This document shows positions 31,216 through 42,317 of a DNA stretch of 64,000 nt, one piece after another. The position numbers and the translations under genes are program-made. The DNA lies in NCBI GenBank assembly GCA_965261595.1, contig CBDHDG010000005.1, positions 1-64,000 of the forward strand. Reading direction: 5' to 3'. Origin of the DNA: a bacterium. GTDB lineage: Bacteria; UBA8248; JACPRG01; G963555815. The notes beneath the pieces are model-generated. The model saw only the letters and a list, made by a program, of their open reading frames with translations. It did not search any database and was not told the origin of the DNA. The first letter of the stretch is position 1; every line of letters starts with the position of its first letter.

Positions 31216-32025
31216 TCACTGCCCCGTAAAAGACGCCATCGGTGACGTATCCGAAATAATCTCCACCTGTTGGTGGGACAGCCGCGCGAAGGCCAGACAC
31301 ATGGCCACCTCCTCCCAGCTGTCCCAGGTCCCGTGGTCCTCGCCCGTGGCGACCTCGATCACGGTGTAGCGAGGCGGAAGGATCGGAAGGCCCCGATGCC
31401 AGCCCGACCGCACCCAGGACCGGTGCGCGCACGGCACGCACCGCGCCGCTCCCTGAGAGGGTTCGCCACAGTCCGTGCAACGCCACCTCGCACGCCTATG
31501 GGCGTAGCGCCTTCGGCTGGCCGCGTTCTTCCGTGGATGGCGCCCGGCCTCGAGAGTCGCGCAGGGACCGCAGCGCGAGGCGTGGTCAAGGATATGTCTT
31601 CCGCACCTGCCGCACCGTCCCTCGGCCCTGCGGGCGGCATACTGCTCTTGTTCGGCCGCTTGCCGGGCGTCACGGCAAGCCCGGCAGGTCGCTCCGCCCG
31701 GGACGGGAGGACGGTTCCCGCATCGCGTGCACAGGCCGGCGGCCCGGCATGCCCGGAGGCGCTTCCTGCTTCTCTCCCGCCCGAGCCTGCGGCAGTCCTT
31801 GGGATCCCGGCCTCCGTAGAGCCTGCCGGCGGCCTTGCCCTTGGCGTACCGGGCGCGCTCGGCCTTGCGCCGCTTCTCGCCGCAGGAGCGGCACAGACTA
31901 CAGTCGGGAGGAAGGGGCTCTCTTCCGCATTTGGGGCACAGGCCTTGGGCGAGGCGCTCTTTGGTGAGCCGGCGGTAGCGTTCCCGGTCATGCTCGCGGG
32001 CCTTGTCGGGGTTCTTGTAGGACAC
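31216..32025 (-). CDS. Arg-rich protein with four C4 zinc-finger repeats
   Basis: Four CxxC-x9..11-CxxC units; GTG start with GGAGG. Confidence 0.75.
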   Translation of the reverse strand: MSYKNPDKAREHDRERYRRLTKERLAQGLCPKCGREPLPPDCSLCRSCGEKRRKAERARYAKGKAAGRLYGGRDPKDCRRLGRERSRKRLRACRAAGLCTRCGNRPPVPGGATCRACRDARQAAEQEQYAARRAEGRCGRCGRHILDHASRCGPCATLEAGRHPRKNAASRRRYAHRRARWRCTDCGEPSQGAARCVPCAHRSWVRSGWHRGLPILPPRYTVIEVATGEDHGTWDSWEEVAMCLAFARLSHQQVEIISDTSPMASFTGQ

Positions 32026-32164
32026 CTGTGGACGCCTCCCATCGGGGCTGGAATCGGGACGACGGACGCCCGGCCGGCGCCGGGCCGGCAGGACGTCCTG
32101 ACAGAGAACGTCAATCAGTGCTTCTGCTTGCGGTCGCAGAACAATCCCGTTGCCATCCAGCCCA

Positions 32165-32529
32165 TATGTTGCATCGATGACAATTCCTTCTGTCCAGCAG
32201 GAGGTTGAGTAGAATTCATGCAACATAATTTTTCGGCACCTGTGCACGTAATCGTGCCTCCACCAACAGGGAGACGCGACTATGTCCAAAGAACTGTTCA
32301 CACAACCGGACACCATCAAGGCATACCAGGCGGCACCGCTCGCTCGGGGGTGGCGATATCTTCACCATCGCACGGAATGCAGTACCAGACCGCTTGCGTT
32401 GTAAAGATTGCCGGGACCCGATTGCGCTCGGTTCGCCTTCCTGAAATCCCTATGATTGCAAAAGGTTATGTTGCGGCGATCCGGACTTCTTCCATAGCAG
32501 TCAGAAGAATCTGTCATCGCTGCAACATA
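32165..32529. repeat. Two 63-bp units bounded by TATGTTGC...GCAACATA, in inverted orientation
   Basis: 32165-32227 and 32467-32529. Confidence 0.7.
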
Positions 32530-32686
32530 TTCCGCCAGATAACATTACAGCCCCAGTACTGGACCCCGGAGTTCCGGAGGTTGATTCCGGTTGCAATGAT
32601 GATCTCGTCCCGCACGGGCCGCATCTTCCGGACCGCCTGCCGAGACACGATCGTATTCGCCGCCTTGGACTGGTTCTTGGTCCTTG

Positions 32687-34090
32687 TGGACCGCCCCTGG
32701 GTTATTGGACACTCGGGTGAGGGTATTCGACCTCATGCGGCCTCCGCAACTTGAGCGAGTTTTTCCTGCCTTGCCTGGGCCGGCGTTCGGTAGCCGTAGC
32801 CCTCGAGAATCCAATGATGGTTGTACAGGTTTTTGAACTCAAGCAGCGCCCACCGCAGTTCCTCTACGGTGGCGAAAGAGCGCACCCACAGGAGATTCTC
32901 CTTCAAGATGCGGATAAACCACTCACAGTAGCCATTTCCCTCGGGCGCCCGCACGAAGCTGGGCGAACTGGTCATGCCCAGGTAGGCGATCTCCCGCTGA
33001 AAGTCATCGGACAGATAGGCGGGGCCGTGGTCGTGACGAACTTTAAGCCCCTCGGCGACGTCCGCCTCCAAGCCGGCGAAGCGCTCGGCGACCCCCTGCC
33101 GGATCGGCTCCAGGGCCTCGAAGCGGTTGCCGCTCTTGGCCGCATGGATCCCCACGCAGTCCACCGAGCAGTGATCCACCGCCACGAACACCGAGGCCAC
33201 CCCCTCCTCGGTGGTCACCGTCGTCGTCATGTCCGTGCCCCACATTCGGTCGGGCCGCTCGGTGCGGATGGTCCCGTTGTGGGCCTTGGGACCTCGGGGT
33301 TTGCCCACCCGGTGGGGGGCCTGAAGCCCCGCCTCCCGCATCAGGCGACGCACCCGCTCCTTGCTGGTGCGGATGCCCGCGAAGCGCAGCCTCGCCCACA
33401 CCTTGCGGTAGCCCTCGCCATGGAAGGGAGAGTCCTCCAGGACCTGCCGGATGTGGCCGAGGAGTTCCGCATCGGTGCACGGGCCCACAGGGCCGCGCTT
33501 ATTGGGCGTGGGGCGTTCATGAACGGGGACCGCCTCTCGCCGCCGTTGCGCGTAGACCGTGGAGCGCGCCAAGCCCCAAAGGGCGCACACCCGCTTCAGG
33601 CCGTAGGCTCTGCCCGTGGAGGTGAAGCGGGCCTGACTCATCGCCTCCACCTCCTGCCGGCTAAAGGGCGGCCGGCCTCCAGGCGGTCGATCTTCTCCCG
33701 CAGGACCTCGCCCTCCATCGTGAGTTCGCCCACCTTGGCCTTGAGCCGGGCGTTCTCCTCGGCCCGCTCATCCGCCGGGCGGGCTTTGAGCGCCGCCTCG
33801 CCCCCGCGAAGGAACGCCTCGCGCCAGGCGGAAAGCCGAGCCGCTGTCGTGCCCAACTCGCGGCAGAGCGTCTCCAGGCTCTCGCCCCGCAAAAGACGCA
33901 GGACCGCCTCCCGCTTGCGCTGGCAGGAGAACCGACCCCGCTCACTGCGATGCCCTGGGGCCTTGGCTCCGTTCGCCCTGCGGGCGCCCTCCGCCAAAGC
34001 CCCCTCTTGCTTTTGTTCGTTCATCGCGACACCCCTTTCTCCATGAATCATGGATCAATCGAGTGTCCAACAAAACCCTAGAGCGGGGGA
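32687..34090 (-). mobile_element. IS3-family element, copy 1 (orfA 33638-34024, orfB 32733-33650)
   Basis: DDE motifs WGTDMT/HDHGPAY; 4-bp TSD CTTG; 1404 bp. Confidence 0.95.
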
Positions 34091-34575
34091 CTTGTACCCC
34101 CGGCGCGCAGGGGCCGGATGTCGCCGTCAGCCATTGACCGGAAGCGCTCGACCACGTAGCGGTCGTCATCGAGACCTTGGCCGAACAGGTGGGTGAGGAA
34201 GGTGCTTGCGTTGCCGGGATGGGTCTGGACCGTGGGCATGGTGCCGTCCTCCTTCGGGTCGATGGTTAAGAGAGGCGGCGATGCCCTCCCCGGGACATCC
34301 GTCCGCCGCCCCGCTCACGGCCCGGCTCGGCCTCTTCGCGGCGCATTGCGCGTCTGTGAATAGCGGTGGAGATGTCGTTGTGGTGAATGTTTCGGTGGGT
34401 GGGAATTCGACCCCCTCGGCCACCGCGGGCTGCCCGTGGTTCGGACGGGGGTATCCTAAATCTACCGATTCTGGGGAAAACTCACGTCCACGGGCTGTCG
34501 CCCACCTCAGGGCGGGGGCGACAACCATAACCTTTCCATCAAAACGGGATAACTCAAGTACATGAACCCCTTGGT

Positions 34576-36006
34576 GAGGGTATGCCAAACTTAGTTGAAA
34601 ATTGACGGAGCGCCCCCCCAGTGGTGGAGTTGGGTTGTGTGAGATGCACATCCACCCACCGGAGGAAAGGAGACGCTCCATGAACACGGTGCGACGAGGG
34701 AAGAGGCAGGTCAAGGGTGAAGAGCCGAAGCGGGTCACGTTGGCGGATTTTGCGCTGCATGCTCCGGTGGACACGTTGGTCGAGTTGATCCAGGCGTTGA
34801 TCCCTTTGGGGTTGATGGCGGTGGGGGATTGCCTGAAGGCGGACGTGGCACGCTTGGCGGGGCGCGCTACCGTCGTGGGGACGGCTTGGCCAGTCACGTG
34901 CGGTGGGGCCGTCAGCGAGGCTCGGTGTATTTGGCCGATCAGAAGCTGCCCATCCAGGTTTCTCGGGTCAGAAATCGCCTCACCGGCCAGGAGGCGCCGC
35001 TGGAGACGTACACGCGCTTGCAGAGGCCGCGCGGGGCCGATGCCGGACTGTTCCGCCGGGTGCTGAAGGGGCTGAGCTGTCGGGACTATGAGGGATGCGC
35101 CGAGGCGGTGCCCGAGGCCTTTGGGCTTTCCCCCTCGACGGTCTCGCGCCGCTTCATCCGGGCCAGCGCCCGCAAGCTCAAAGAGCTCTGCGAGCGCCCC
35201 CTGCAAGGGTATGACTTCGTGGGCCTGGTCCTGGACGGCAAGCGCTTTGAGGACGACCTCATGGTGATTGCCCTGGGCATCACGGTTCAGGGCGAAAAGG
35301 TGGTGTTGGGGTTTGTTCAGACCGGGACCGGGACCGAGCGGGCGTTGACGGCGTTTTTGCGGGAGTTGGTGGAGCGGGGGCTGCGCTCTGAGGCTGGTCT
35401 GCTCTGTGTGATCGACAGCTCCAAGGGCCTTCGGGCGGCGATTCGGCGGGTTTTTGAGGCACACGCGGTGGTGCAGCGCTGCCAGTGGCATAAGCGCGAG
35501 GGCGTGCTCAGCCACCTGCCCAAGGGCCGGCAGGGGCGCATCGGGCGGAAACTCCAGGCGGCTTATGATGAGCCCACTTACGAGGGGGCCAAGGGGGCGC
35601 TCGGGAGGCTTCGCAAAGAGCTTGAGCTGCTCAACCGCTCGGCGGTGAAGAGCCTGGACGAAGGCCTGGAGGAGACCTTGACGCTCCATCGCCTGGGGGT
35701 CTTTCCCATCTTGGGGAGAAGCCTGAAGACGACGAACTGCTTGGAGTCGATCATGTCGCTCATTGCTCAGCGAACGGACAGGGTGGACCACTGGCGCAAC
35801 AGCGACCAGAAGCAGCGCTGGGTGGCCACGGCGCTCCTCGACATCGAGCCTCGGCTGAACCGGATCCAGGGCTGCCGGCATCTGCCGGTCTTGAGGGCCG
35901 CCATCCGCTCTACGCTCGGCCTTCGGGCTGACTGCGACGAGCGCGAGGTGGCCTAACGTGCACCCAGGGGTCACTCCGGAATTTCAACTAAGAATGGCAT
36001 TGACTC
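34576..36006 (+). mobile_element. IS256-family element (transposase 34680-35956, frameshift ~34860), inserted in a degenerate IS3 fragment
   Basis: Imperfect TIR GAG...ATGCCA..CTTAGTTGAAA; 9-bp TSD CCCCTTGGT; flanks read PYRLRDLTVQRPN*VWVVDI...KGFMYL on the minus strand. Confidence 0.9.
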
Positions 36007-36109
36007 CCCCTTGGTCATCGGGAGAGAACAGATGTCGACCACCCAGACTTAGTTGGGGCGCTGAACGGTGAGATCCCTAAGCCGGTAAGGGTCCAGCTCT
36101 GGGTACGAT

Positions 36110-36445
36110 GTCACCGTCTTCGGGCGATCACCGGAAAGCGATGTCGCCTGTCCGGCATGCGTCAAGGGACGGCTTGAGCGACGCGAGAATGCCCGGGATG
36201 GGAGCGCCTTCTACGGCTGATCGAACTGGCCCAATTGCGGGCACAGGCAATCCTCCTGCCCTGCTTGCGGGACGGGATTGCCCGTCAAGGCGAAGGGCGT
36301 GTTCCGTTGCCGCGACTGCGGTCAGGCCATGGAGGGATGCCCGGACTGCGACGGCTGGCTGCAACGCAGGAGCGGCAAGTACGGCCCCTTCCCAGGATGC
36401 ACGAATTGGCCCGATTGCAGATACACCCGAGACGTTCGGCAGTAA
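36110..36445 (+). pseudogene. Topoisomerase-type C4 zinc-finger C-terminus of a UvrD/HelD-like helicase
   Basis: CPACVKG...FYG*SNWP.C...CPDCDGWL...GKYGPFPGCTNWPDC. Confidence 0.6.
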
Positions 36446-36502
36446 CGGCCACGGAACTAGACTCCCGCCGGAGGTTCCGGTCTCGGCGGTGAACGAATAG
36501 GA

Positions 36503-37590
36503 CCCGCATTTCCCATTTGGATCATAAGATTGGACAGACCGAAAGGCGCTTTCTCATGTAAAATCAGCGTGTTGGCTTCCCCCTGCCACGTTCTCGCGGG
36601 GGAACCCTCTGGGTGGAGCGAAAAAGACGGCATTGAGGGTCCATTGTAACCGCAGGCTGAGGCTTGACTTTCACGGAGCCAGAATCACTTCAGATGCAGG
36701 ATTGCTGGCCTGCCGGGAGTTGGATGATGCGCTGGGTTTGACGGTGAGAGCACCAGCCCACTTGCAAGAGATCCGTCATGGCCGGAACGTCCAGCATGAG
36801 TTGGTGCCGCTATTGCGCCAGTCAGTCTATAGTCGCCTGGCCGGGTACGAGGACACCAACGATGCCGAGCGATTGGCGAGAGACCCTGCTAGGCAAGCCG
36901 TAGTGGGCCGGCGGGCACTTGAGAAGCAGGCGGCCAGTACCAACACATGGAGCCGGTTCGAGACGGAAGTTCTCTGCAGCGAGGAGAACCTGAGTAGGCT
37001 GAGGCAACTGAACACGGAATGGGTAGAGCGGGCCATGAGCCGCACGCCGCATCAGCGGGTCATCCTGGACATGGATAGCTCGGAAAGCCGGGTGCACGGA
37101 CAGCAGGAAAGGACTGCCTATAACGGTCACTTCGGTTCCCTCTGCTACCATCCCTTATTCTGCTTCAACCAGTTTGGGGACTGCGAGGGGGCGATGTTGC
37201 GTCCGGGCAACGTTCACAGCGCCGATGGGTGGCGAAAGTTGTTGGAGCCCATCACGGCCCGCTATGAGCACGCGGATGTTCGCCGTTCCTTTCGGGCCGA
37301 TGCCGCCTTTCCGAGCCCCGAGGTCTATGAGTACTTGGAAGAGCGTGGCTTCCTCTACGCCATCCGGCTCCCTGCGAACGAAGTGCTCTACCCACGGATC
37401 GACTTCCTGCTGACTCGCCCGGTCGGTCGCCCGCCCAAGAGACCCATCATCTTCTATCACGACTCCCGGTATCAGGCTGGAAGCTGGGACCACCCCCGAG
37501 GGGTGGTGGCGAAGGTGGAATGGCACTCAGGCGAACGCTTCCCTCGCGTCGGATTCATTGTCACGAACCGGACGGCTCGACCCGAGGGTG
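36503..37590 (+). mobile_element. Truncated IS1380-family element
   Basis: ITSDAGLL, GYEDTND, LDMDSS, RADAAF, GFIVTN motifs; C-terminus missing. Confidence 0.85.
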
Positions 37591-37803
37591 ACCGAGGCTG
37601 CGAAGAGGCTCGCCGTGTCGCGCAACACGCTTTCCATGCTGCTCAACGGCCGGATCGGCATTTCCCCTGAGATGGCCATCCGGCTCTCTCAGGCTTTCGG
37701 GGGGAGTCCTGAAAGCTGGTTGCAGCAGCAGATGCAGTACGATCTATGGCAGACTCAGACGAACCGAGACAAGATTGCGGTTCTCAGGTTCGTGACCGCC
37801 TGA
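37588..37803 (+). pseudogene. higA: HigA antitoxin fragment (5' truncated)
   Basis: [19 protein letters not shown]...[23 protein letters not shown]. Confidence 0.8.
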
Positions 37804-38003
37804 TCGCCGAAGACGAACAGGCCGCGCAGAACCCCGGCGGAAGCGCGATGGTGGTCCGCTTCAACCCCAGATACATCGAGCCGTTTTCATGAGCCGTAAA
37901 ATCCTCATATCATATTGATATGAGGATGAATATTCATTTTCTCCAATCCCGTTCGGAACCCGTCTTTTACAACTTGTAATCAAAACGAAAGCGGATTCAT
38001 TAA

Positions 38004-38904
38004 GGGAATTATAAAGGTTTTGACACTAATTGGGTGAGTTGTTGGACCACCAGGGGAAAGAGATCCTGGTGGCGGTGATTGTAGCGGAATTCCATCTCCT
38101 TCAGGTAGAGGGGGAATCGCTCCTTGGACACGCCATGATGTTTGATGAGCCTCTGCTTGGCGTAGGCCCAAAAGCCTTCCAGGCCGTTGATGTGCACTTT
38201 GCCCCGACTGAAGCGCCGATCATGATCCACCCGCAGGTGGCGATAGCCGCAGAACATCAGGGCGTCATAGACGCTGGTAGCGGTCGGTGTAGACCACGCT
38301 GCCCCGATGGACCCGCTTCACGGTGGAGGCCAAAAGGGTCTGGGCCTTGACATTGCCGACCGCCTCCACCTTCACCCGGCCACCCCGCTCCAAAATACCG
38401 AAAACAGGGACTTTACCCGCTGCGCCTCGGCCTCTCTTCCCCTTGCGCCTGCCCCCGAAGTAGGCCTCGTCCGCCTCCACCTCCCCTCGAAGAAGCTCCT
38501 GTCCCCCCGGCGTTCCGGCCACAAGACTGCGCCTGAGCGTCGTCACAGCCCTGAGCGCCGTCGGATAGCTCACGGCGAGTTGCTGGGCCATCTTGCGGGC
38601 CGAGACCTCCAGCTCAAAGAGCTTCACCACCCAAAGCCACTCCCGGGCTGAGAGGCGAAGCTGGCCCAGCCAGCGGCCCGTGAACGGCCCGAAGGTGTAC
38701 CGACACCCAGCGCAGCGAAAGCGCCCTTTCGTGCCCACAACGTAGCATTTTCGACCCTCACAACGAGGGCAGATTTTACGCCCGTTTTTCTGACACGCCC
38801 TGAGCAAATGGCGTCTCGCTGTAACCTCCGTTTTTACAAGCCCTTCAAAGCTCTTTACGTCCACGACACCAGCCTAATCCGGTGTCATAGCTTTTACAAG
38901 CCCC
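38004..38904 (-). mobile_element. IS1595-family element, transposase 38009-38864 frameshifted
   Basis: EADEAYFGG, VYTD, HINGLEGFW motifs; imperfect 23-bp TIR; no TSD seen. Confidence 0.85.
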
Positions 38905-38921
38905 TAAGGATTTGATGACTC

Positions 38922-39311
38922 TCATAAGAGAGTGCGCCTGCGTTTTTCAAGCCAACTCCGGGCTCGCTCGGAGTTGACGGCCCACATGCCGGAGCCCTTG
39001 CCTCCGGGGGAATAGAAGGGTGCTTCGGAATCAGGCAATCCCCTCTGCCTGAAAACGGTGGAATCGACACAGTTTTGATTGTAGGAACTCTGAACAGCTT
39101 CCTCGAACTTTCCAGGGATAGGTAATCCAGTATCTTTGCGTTGCTTTTCAAGTGTGTCGAGAATCCACCTCCTCGTCATTCCATTTTTGTGCGGCAGCAG
39201 GAGCTTGATCAAGCCCTCGACATAGGTGTGTTCCTTTCTTAACTTCGCCAATTCGATGACTTCAACAATGTTACGACATAATGCGTCATAGTCAGGCCCA
39301 TTTTCGGCCAT
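38922..39311 (-). CDS. Hypothetical protein, possibly winged-helix
   Basis: Intact ORF with RBS GAGGAG; GSGMWAV wing-like motif. Confidence 0.55.
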   Translation of the reverse strand: MAENGPDYDALCRNIVEVIELAKLRKEHTYVEGLIKLLLPHKNGMTRRWILDTLEKQRKDTGLPIPGKFEEAVQSSYNQNCVDSTVFRQRGLPDSEAPFYSPGGKGSGMWAVNSERARSWLEKRRRTLL

Positions 39312-39363
39312 TTCTCATCTCCTCAATCATCACCCAGAAAAACCGGCTTGACAAGGGATTGAC

Positions 39364-39455
39364 AAAAAGGGGTCAGATCTATTTTTCATCTCATGAGTTG
39401 AGCGAGAGTTGCCGTCGACTCGCCGGGCTGCGAAAAATAGATCTAACCCCTTTTT
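39364..39455. repeat. 24-bp inverted repeat pair (MITE/REP-like)
   Basis: AAAAAGGGGTCAGATCTATTTTTC ... GAAAAATAGATCTAACCCCTTTTT, 1 mismatch. Confidence 0.8.
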
Positions 39456-39739
39456 CACCACCGAAACATCCTGGAAGCACATTCAAGATTTCAGATGGTC
39501 GGGAAGAACGCACCCCTGGGTTCAAGGTTCATAAAGGATTATCGGAGAACGAAGAATACACGGTTTCGTCAGTCATTTTCACATGCAACGTAGAGGATGA
39601 TTACATATGTATTGACCCGCCTACTGGAGACGAAATCACCGTTACGCGCGAATGGGACGATGTATCGGTAAGGTGCGTTTTGTCGATAGGCTCTGATGAG
39701 GTAGAACCTTGGCAAATCAGCAAGAGAGCCCTTTCGAAG

Positions 39740-40156
39740 CTATTCTTTAGTTGACCTCAGAAGTTCGAGTGTTTCCAGAAGGCCCTGGATCATATTCTTT
39801 AAACTCGCATAATCAGTCTTGAAGACATCCTTCCCCCCTGCCATATTCTCGATGATGAGAGCAACAGAAGAGACGTGCTCTCCATCCAATAAGATCACAT
39901 CCATGTCCCGAAGAACGAAGTCCAGAGGATTTAGTTTCTTGGCCAATTCCGCGGCCAGTTCCCTGTCTAGCCTGTAATGACATCCACCCTGCATCAAATC
40001 GGAGGTGTTATTTCCAGACATCAATACCAAGGCAAGGGACCCGTCTTCTTGACGAACCACCTCACAATCCTTTAGGGGTCTAGGTTTCACTTCATCCAAA
40101 ATGTTCTTTACGTATTCGTCACGGCTCATACTATCCAGTAGGTTGTCTTGCATCAT
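39740..40156 (-). CDS. Hypothetical protein
   Basis: ORF with RBS GGAG, directly downstream of the IS1-like remnant. Confidence 0.55.
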   Translation of the reverse strand: MMQDNLLDSMSRDEYVKNILDEVKPRPLKDCEVVRQEDGSLALVLMSGNNTSDLMQGGCHYRLDRELAAELAKKLNPLDFVLRDMDVILLDGEHVSSVALIIENMAGGKDVFKTDYASLKNMIQGLLETLELLRSTKE

Positions 40157-40159
40157 CTT

Positions 40160-40379
40160 TTCTCTCCAGTTTGTCCTTCGCCCGCTTCTTGTACGGCCCA
40201 CGGGGCCCGGGCTTGGGATCGCGCGCCTCGATGAGCTCGACGATCCACTCCATGGTCCGCGCCCATCCGCCAGGCCGGCCCGCATCGCCGGCGTTCCTTG
40301 GCCGTCAGGCAGGCGGGGTGCGCTCAATGAGGGTCTTCTGGCCATCGATAAGGGCTTTGAGGGCGGCCATGCTTTCATC
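40160..40379 (-). pseudogene. C-terminal remnant of an IS1-family-like transposase
   Basis: TPAMRAGL.../...MEWIVELIEARDPKPGPRGPYKKR. Confidence 0.6.
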
Positions 40380-40442
40380 GGCAACGTTACACTTGACATA
40401 CCACGCACGATCCCCCATATTGGGGTCAGGAGGTATTCTCTC

Positions 40443-41378
40443 ATGGCCCACTCTGTTCTATCTGCCTCGCATTTCCACAATGAGGATGCGGCCTTCGCAT
40501 ACGTCGAGAATTCCCTTTGGTCAGATGGCCCTTACTGTCCGTTCTGTGGCGCTACTGAAGATCATGTCCGCAAGCTGAATGGCAAGACCACCCGCAAGGG
40601 TTTGCACAAGTGTTACGCCTGCCAGAAACCGTTCACCATTCGGATCGGGACTATCTTCGAGTCTTCGCACCTGCCGCTGCACTTGTGGCTGCAAGTGATC
40701 CATCTGATGTGCGCCAGCAAGAAGGGCATCGCAACCCGCCAAATTCAACGGATGCTCCAGTGCAGCATGAAGACTGCGTGGTTCCTTGCCCATCGCATCC
40801 GCGAAGCCATGAAAGACGGATCGCTTGATCCCCTGGGCGGCGAAGGCAGGGCGGTCGAGGTCGACGAAACCTATATCGGCGGCAAGGAGAAGAACAAGCA
40901 TGCCAACAAGAAACTGCGCACTGGCCGTGGCTCTGTTGGCAAGGTAGCCGTGCTGTCTCTGGTGGAGAGAAATGGACGCGTTCGTTCGATACGCGTTGCG
41001 AGCGTCACCGCCGGAAATCTGCGGCCGGTGTTGGTGGCCCAGATTGACAGCAAGTCCAATCTGTACACTGACGAAGCTGGTCAGTACCGCCAAATGGGGC
41101 GAGACTTCGAGCACAATAGCGTCAACCACAGCTCCAATGAGTACGTGCGCGGGAATGCACACACCAACACCGTCGAGAACTATTTCAGCATCCTCAAGCG
41201 CGGTATCACCGGATGCTACTTCCACGTTAGCGAGGCACACCTGCATCGCTATCTGGCCGAGTTCGACTTCCGCTACAGCAACCGAGAAGGGTTGGGCGTA
41301 GACGACGTTGGCCGCGCCGCGGTCGCTCTGAAAGGGTTCAAAGGCAAACGACTCACCTACGAAACGGCTCACTCGTAA
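40443..41378 (+). CDS. IS1595-family transposase
   Basis: Zn ribbon, VEVDETYIGG, YTDE, HTNTVEN, YLAEFDFR motifs. Confidence 0.95.
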   Translation: MAHSVLSASHFHNEDAAFAYVENSLWSDGPYCPFCGATEDHVRKLNGKTTRKGLHKCYACQKPFTIRIGTIFESSHLPLHLWLQVIHLMCASKKGIATRQIQRMLQCSMKTAWFLAHRIREAMKDGSLDPLGGEGRAVEVDETYIGGKEKNKHANKKLRTGRGSVGKVAVLSLVERNGRVRSIRVASVTAGNLRPVLVAQIDSKSNLYTDEAGQYRQMGRDFEHNSVNHSSNEYVRGNAHTNTVENYFSILKRGITGCYFHVSEAHLHRYLAEFDFRYSNREGLGVDDVGRAAVALKGFKGKRLTYETAHS

Positions 41379-41499
41379 GCAATCGCTAAACGAGAAAACC
41401 CGGCGCTGGCGGGTATGGGCTCGGTTGCAGTTGCCCGACCCGCAACTAGAGTTTTTCTTCATCGTTGAGGACTGACTGGTTGTGAGGTATGGTTCACCC

Positions 41500-41682
41500 A
41501 TGATGCAGAAGCCCACACATAAGACAGCTTTTAAGCCTGACGATCCTGAGCAATATAGGCGTTTTCTCGAAACCGCCGAAGAAGTCGAGGTGGATAAAGA
41601 CCCAAAGGCTTTTGACCGGGCATTCAAGAGCATATCTCTAGCCCTTAAATCCCGAGTTACAGTAAGGGTGCGAAAGCCGTAG
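41500..41682 (+). CDS. Small IS1595-associated protein
   Basis: DPEQYRRFLETAEEVEVDKDPKAFDRAFKSI. Confidence 0.5.
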   Translation: MMQKPTHKTAFKPDDPEQYRRFLETAEEVEVDKDPKAFDRAFKSISLALKSRVTVRVRKP

Positions 41683-42317
41683 ATTATCGCTTTGGTTGTC
41701 TCCCCCGCCCTTTGTTCGAATCACATGATCAAATGTCACAGAATTACTGTGGATAGGCGCTTTGCAAATGTCACATCTAATGGGATTATCTAGCGCCGTT
41801 CGAATGAATGTTGCGGACTTTGATTCACGGGATGCCCCACGCTTACTGACCTCCCTGTCGAACGTCGGCGGCGGTATGCTTGACTGCTTCAAGTGGACAA
41901 AATCATCTCGTTCGATAAACGCCTCGAATAGATCGGCATCGGACAGCCTTTGGTGCATTCCCTCAAAGATGGACCAGTAGAGGTTGGCGATACGATTCAG
42001 GCTGCGCCCACCACTTCCCAACCTACTAATCGTGAGAGATACAAACAACTTGTTTGCATGAAGATACTCTTCTAATCGATTCCGAACGCGCGTAAAGTCA
42101 TCTTTTCTATTTTCTTTATCTAGTTTTTTGGAAAACTCCAGAGATGCGAGGAAGGCGTTTGAAAGAAAGAGACCTGATCTCGCGTAATAGTAAATAAGAG
42201 GGTGGAGCCCTAGAGACCCTGCATGGTTTGTGCTAACCAAAATAAGGCGTTTTTTAACATTCTCTAGGTATTCAATGGTTTCCTCTCCAGTTTCATCAGG
42301 CGGAAGAGGATTTTCCA

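Noticed and set aside
32530..34240. Gene interrupted by IS3 copy 1 (MPTVQTHPG...)
   Set aside because: Has an RBS, but the rejoined frame gives no recognisable protein; not called.
34166..35974. 602-aa minus-strand ORF
   Set aside because: Antisense to the IS256 transposase and crosses the IS boundary.
36633..37803. IS1380-HigA fusion protein
   Set aside because: Different frames; deletion junction of two truncated genes.
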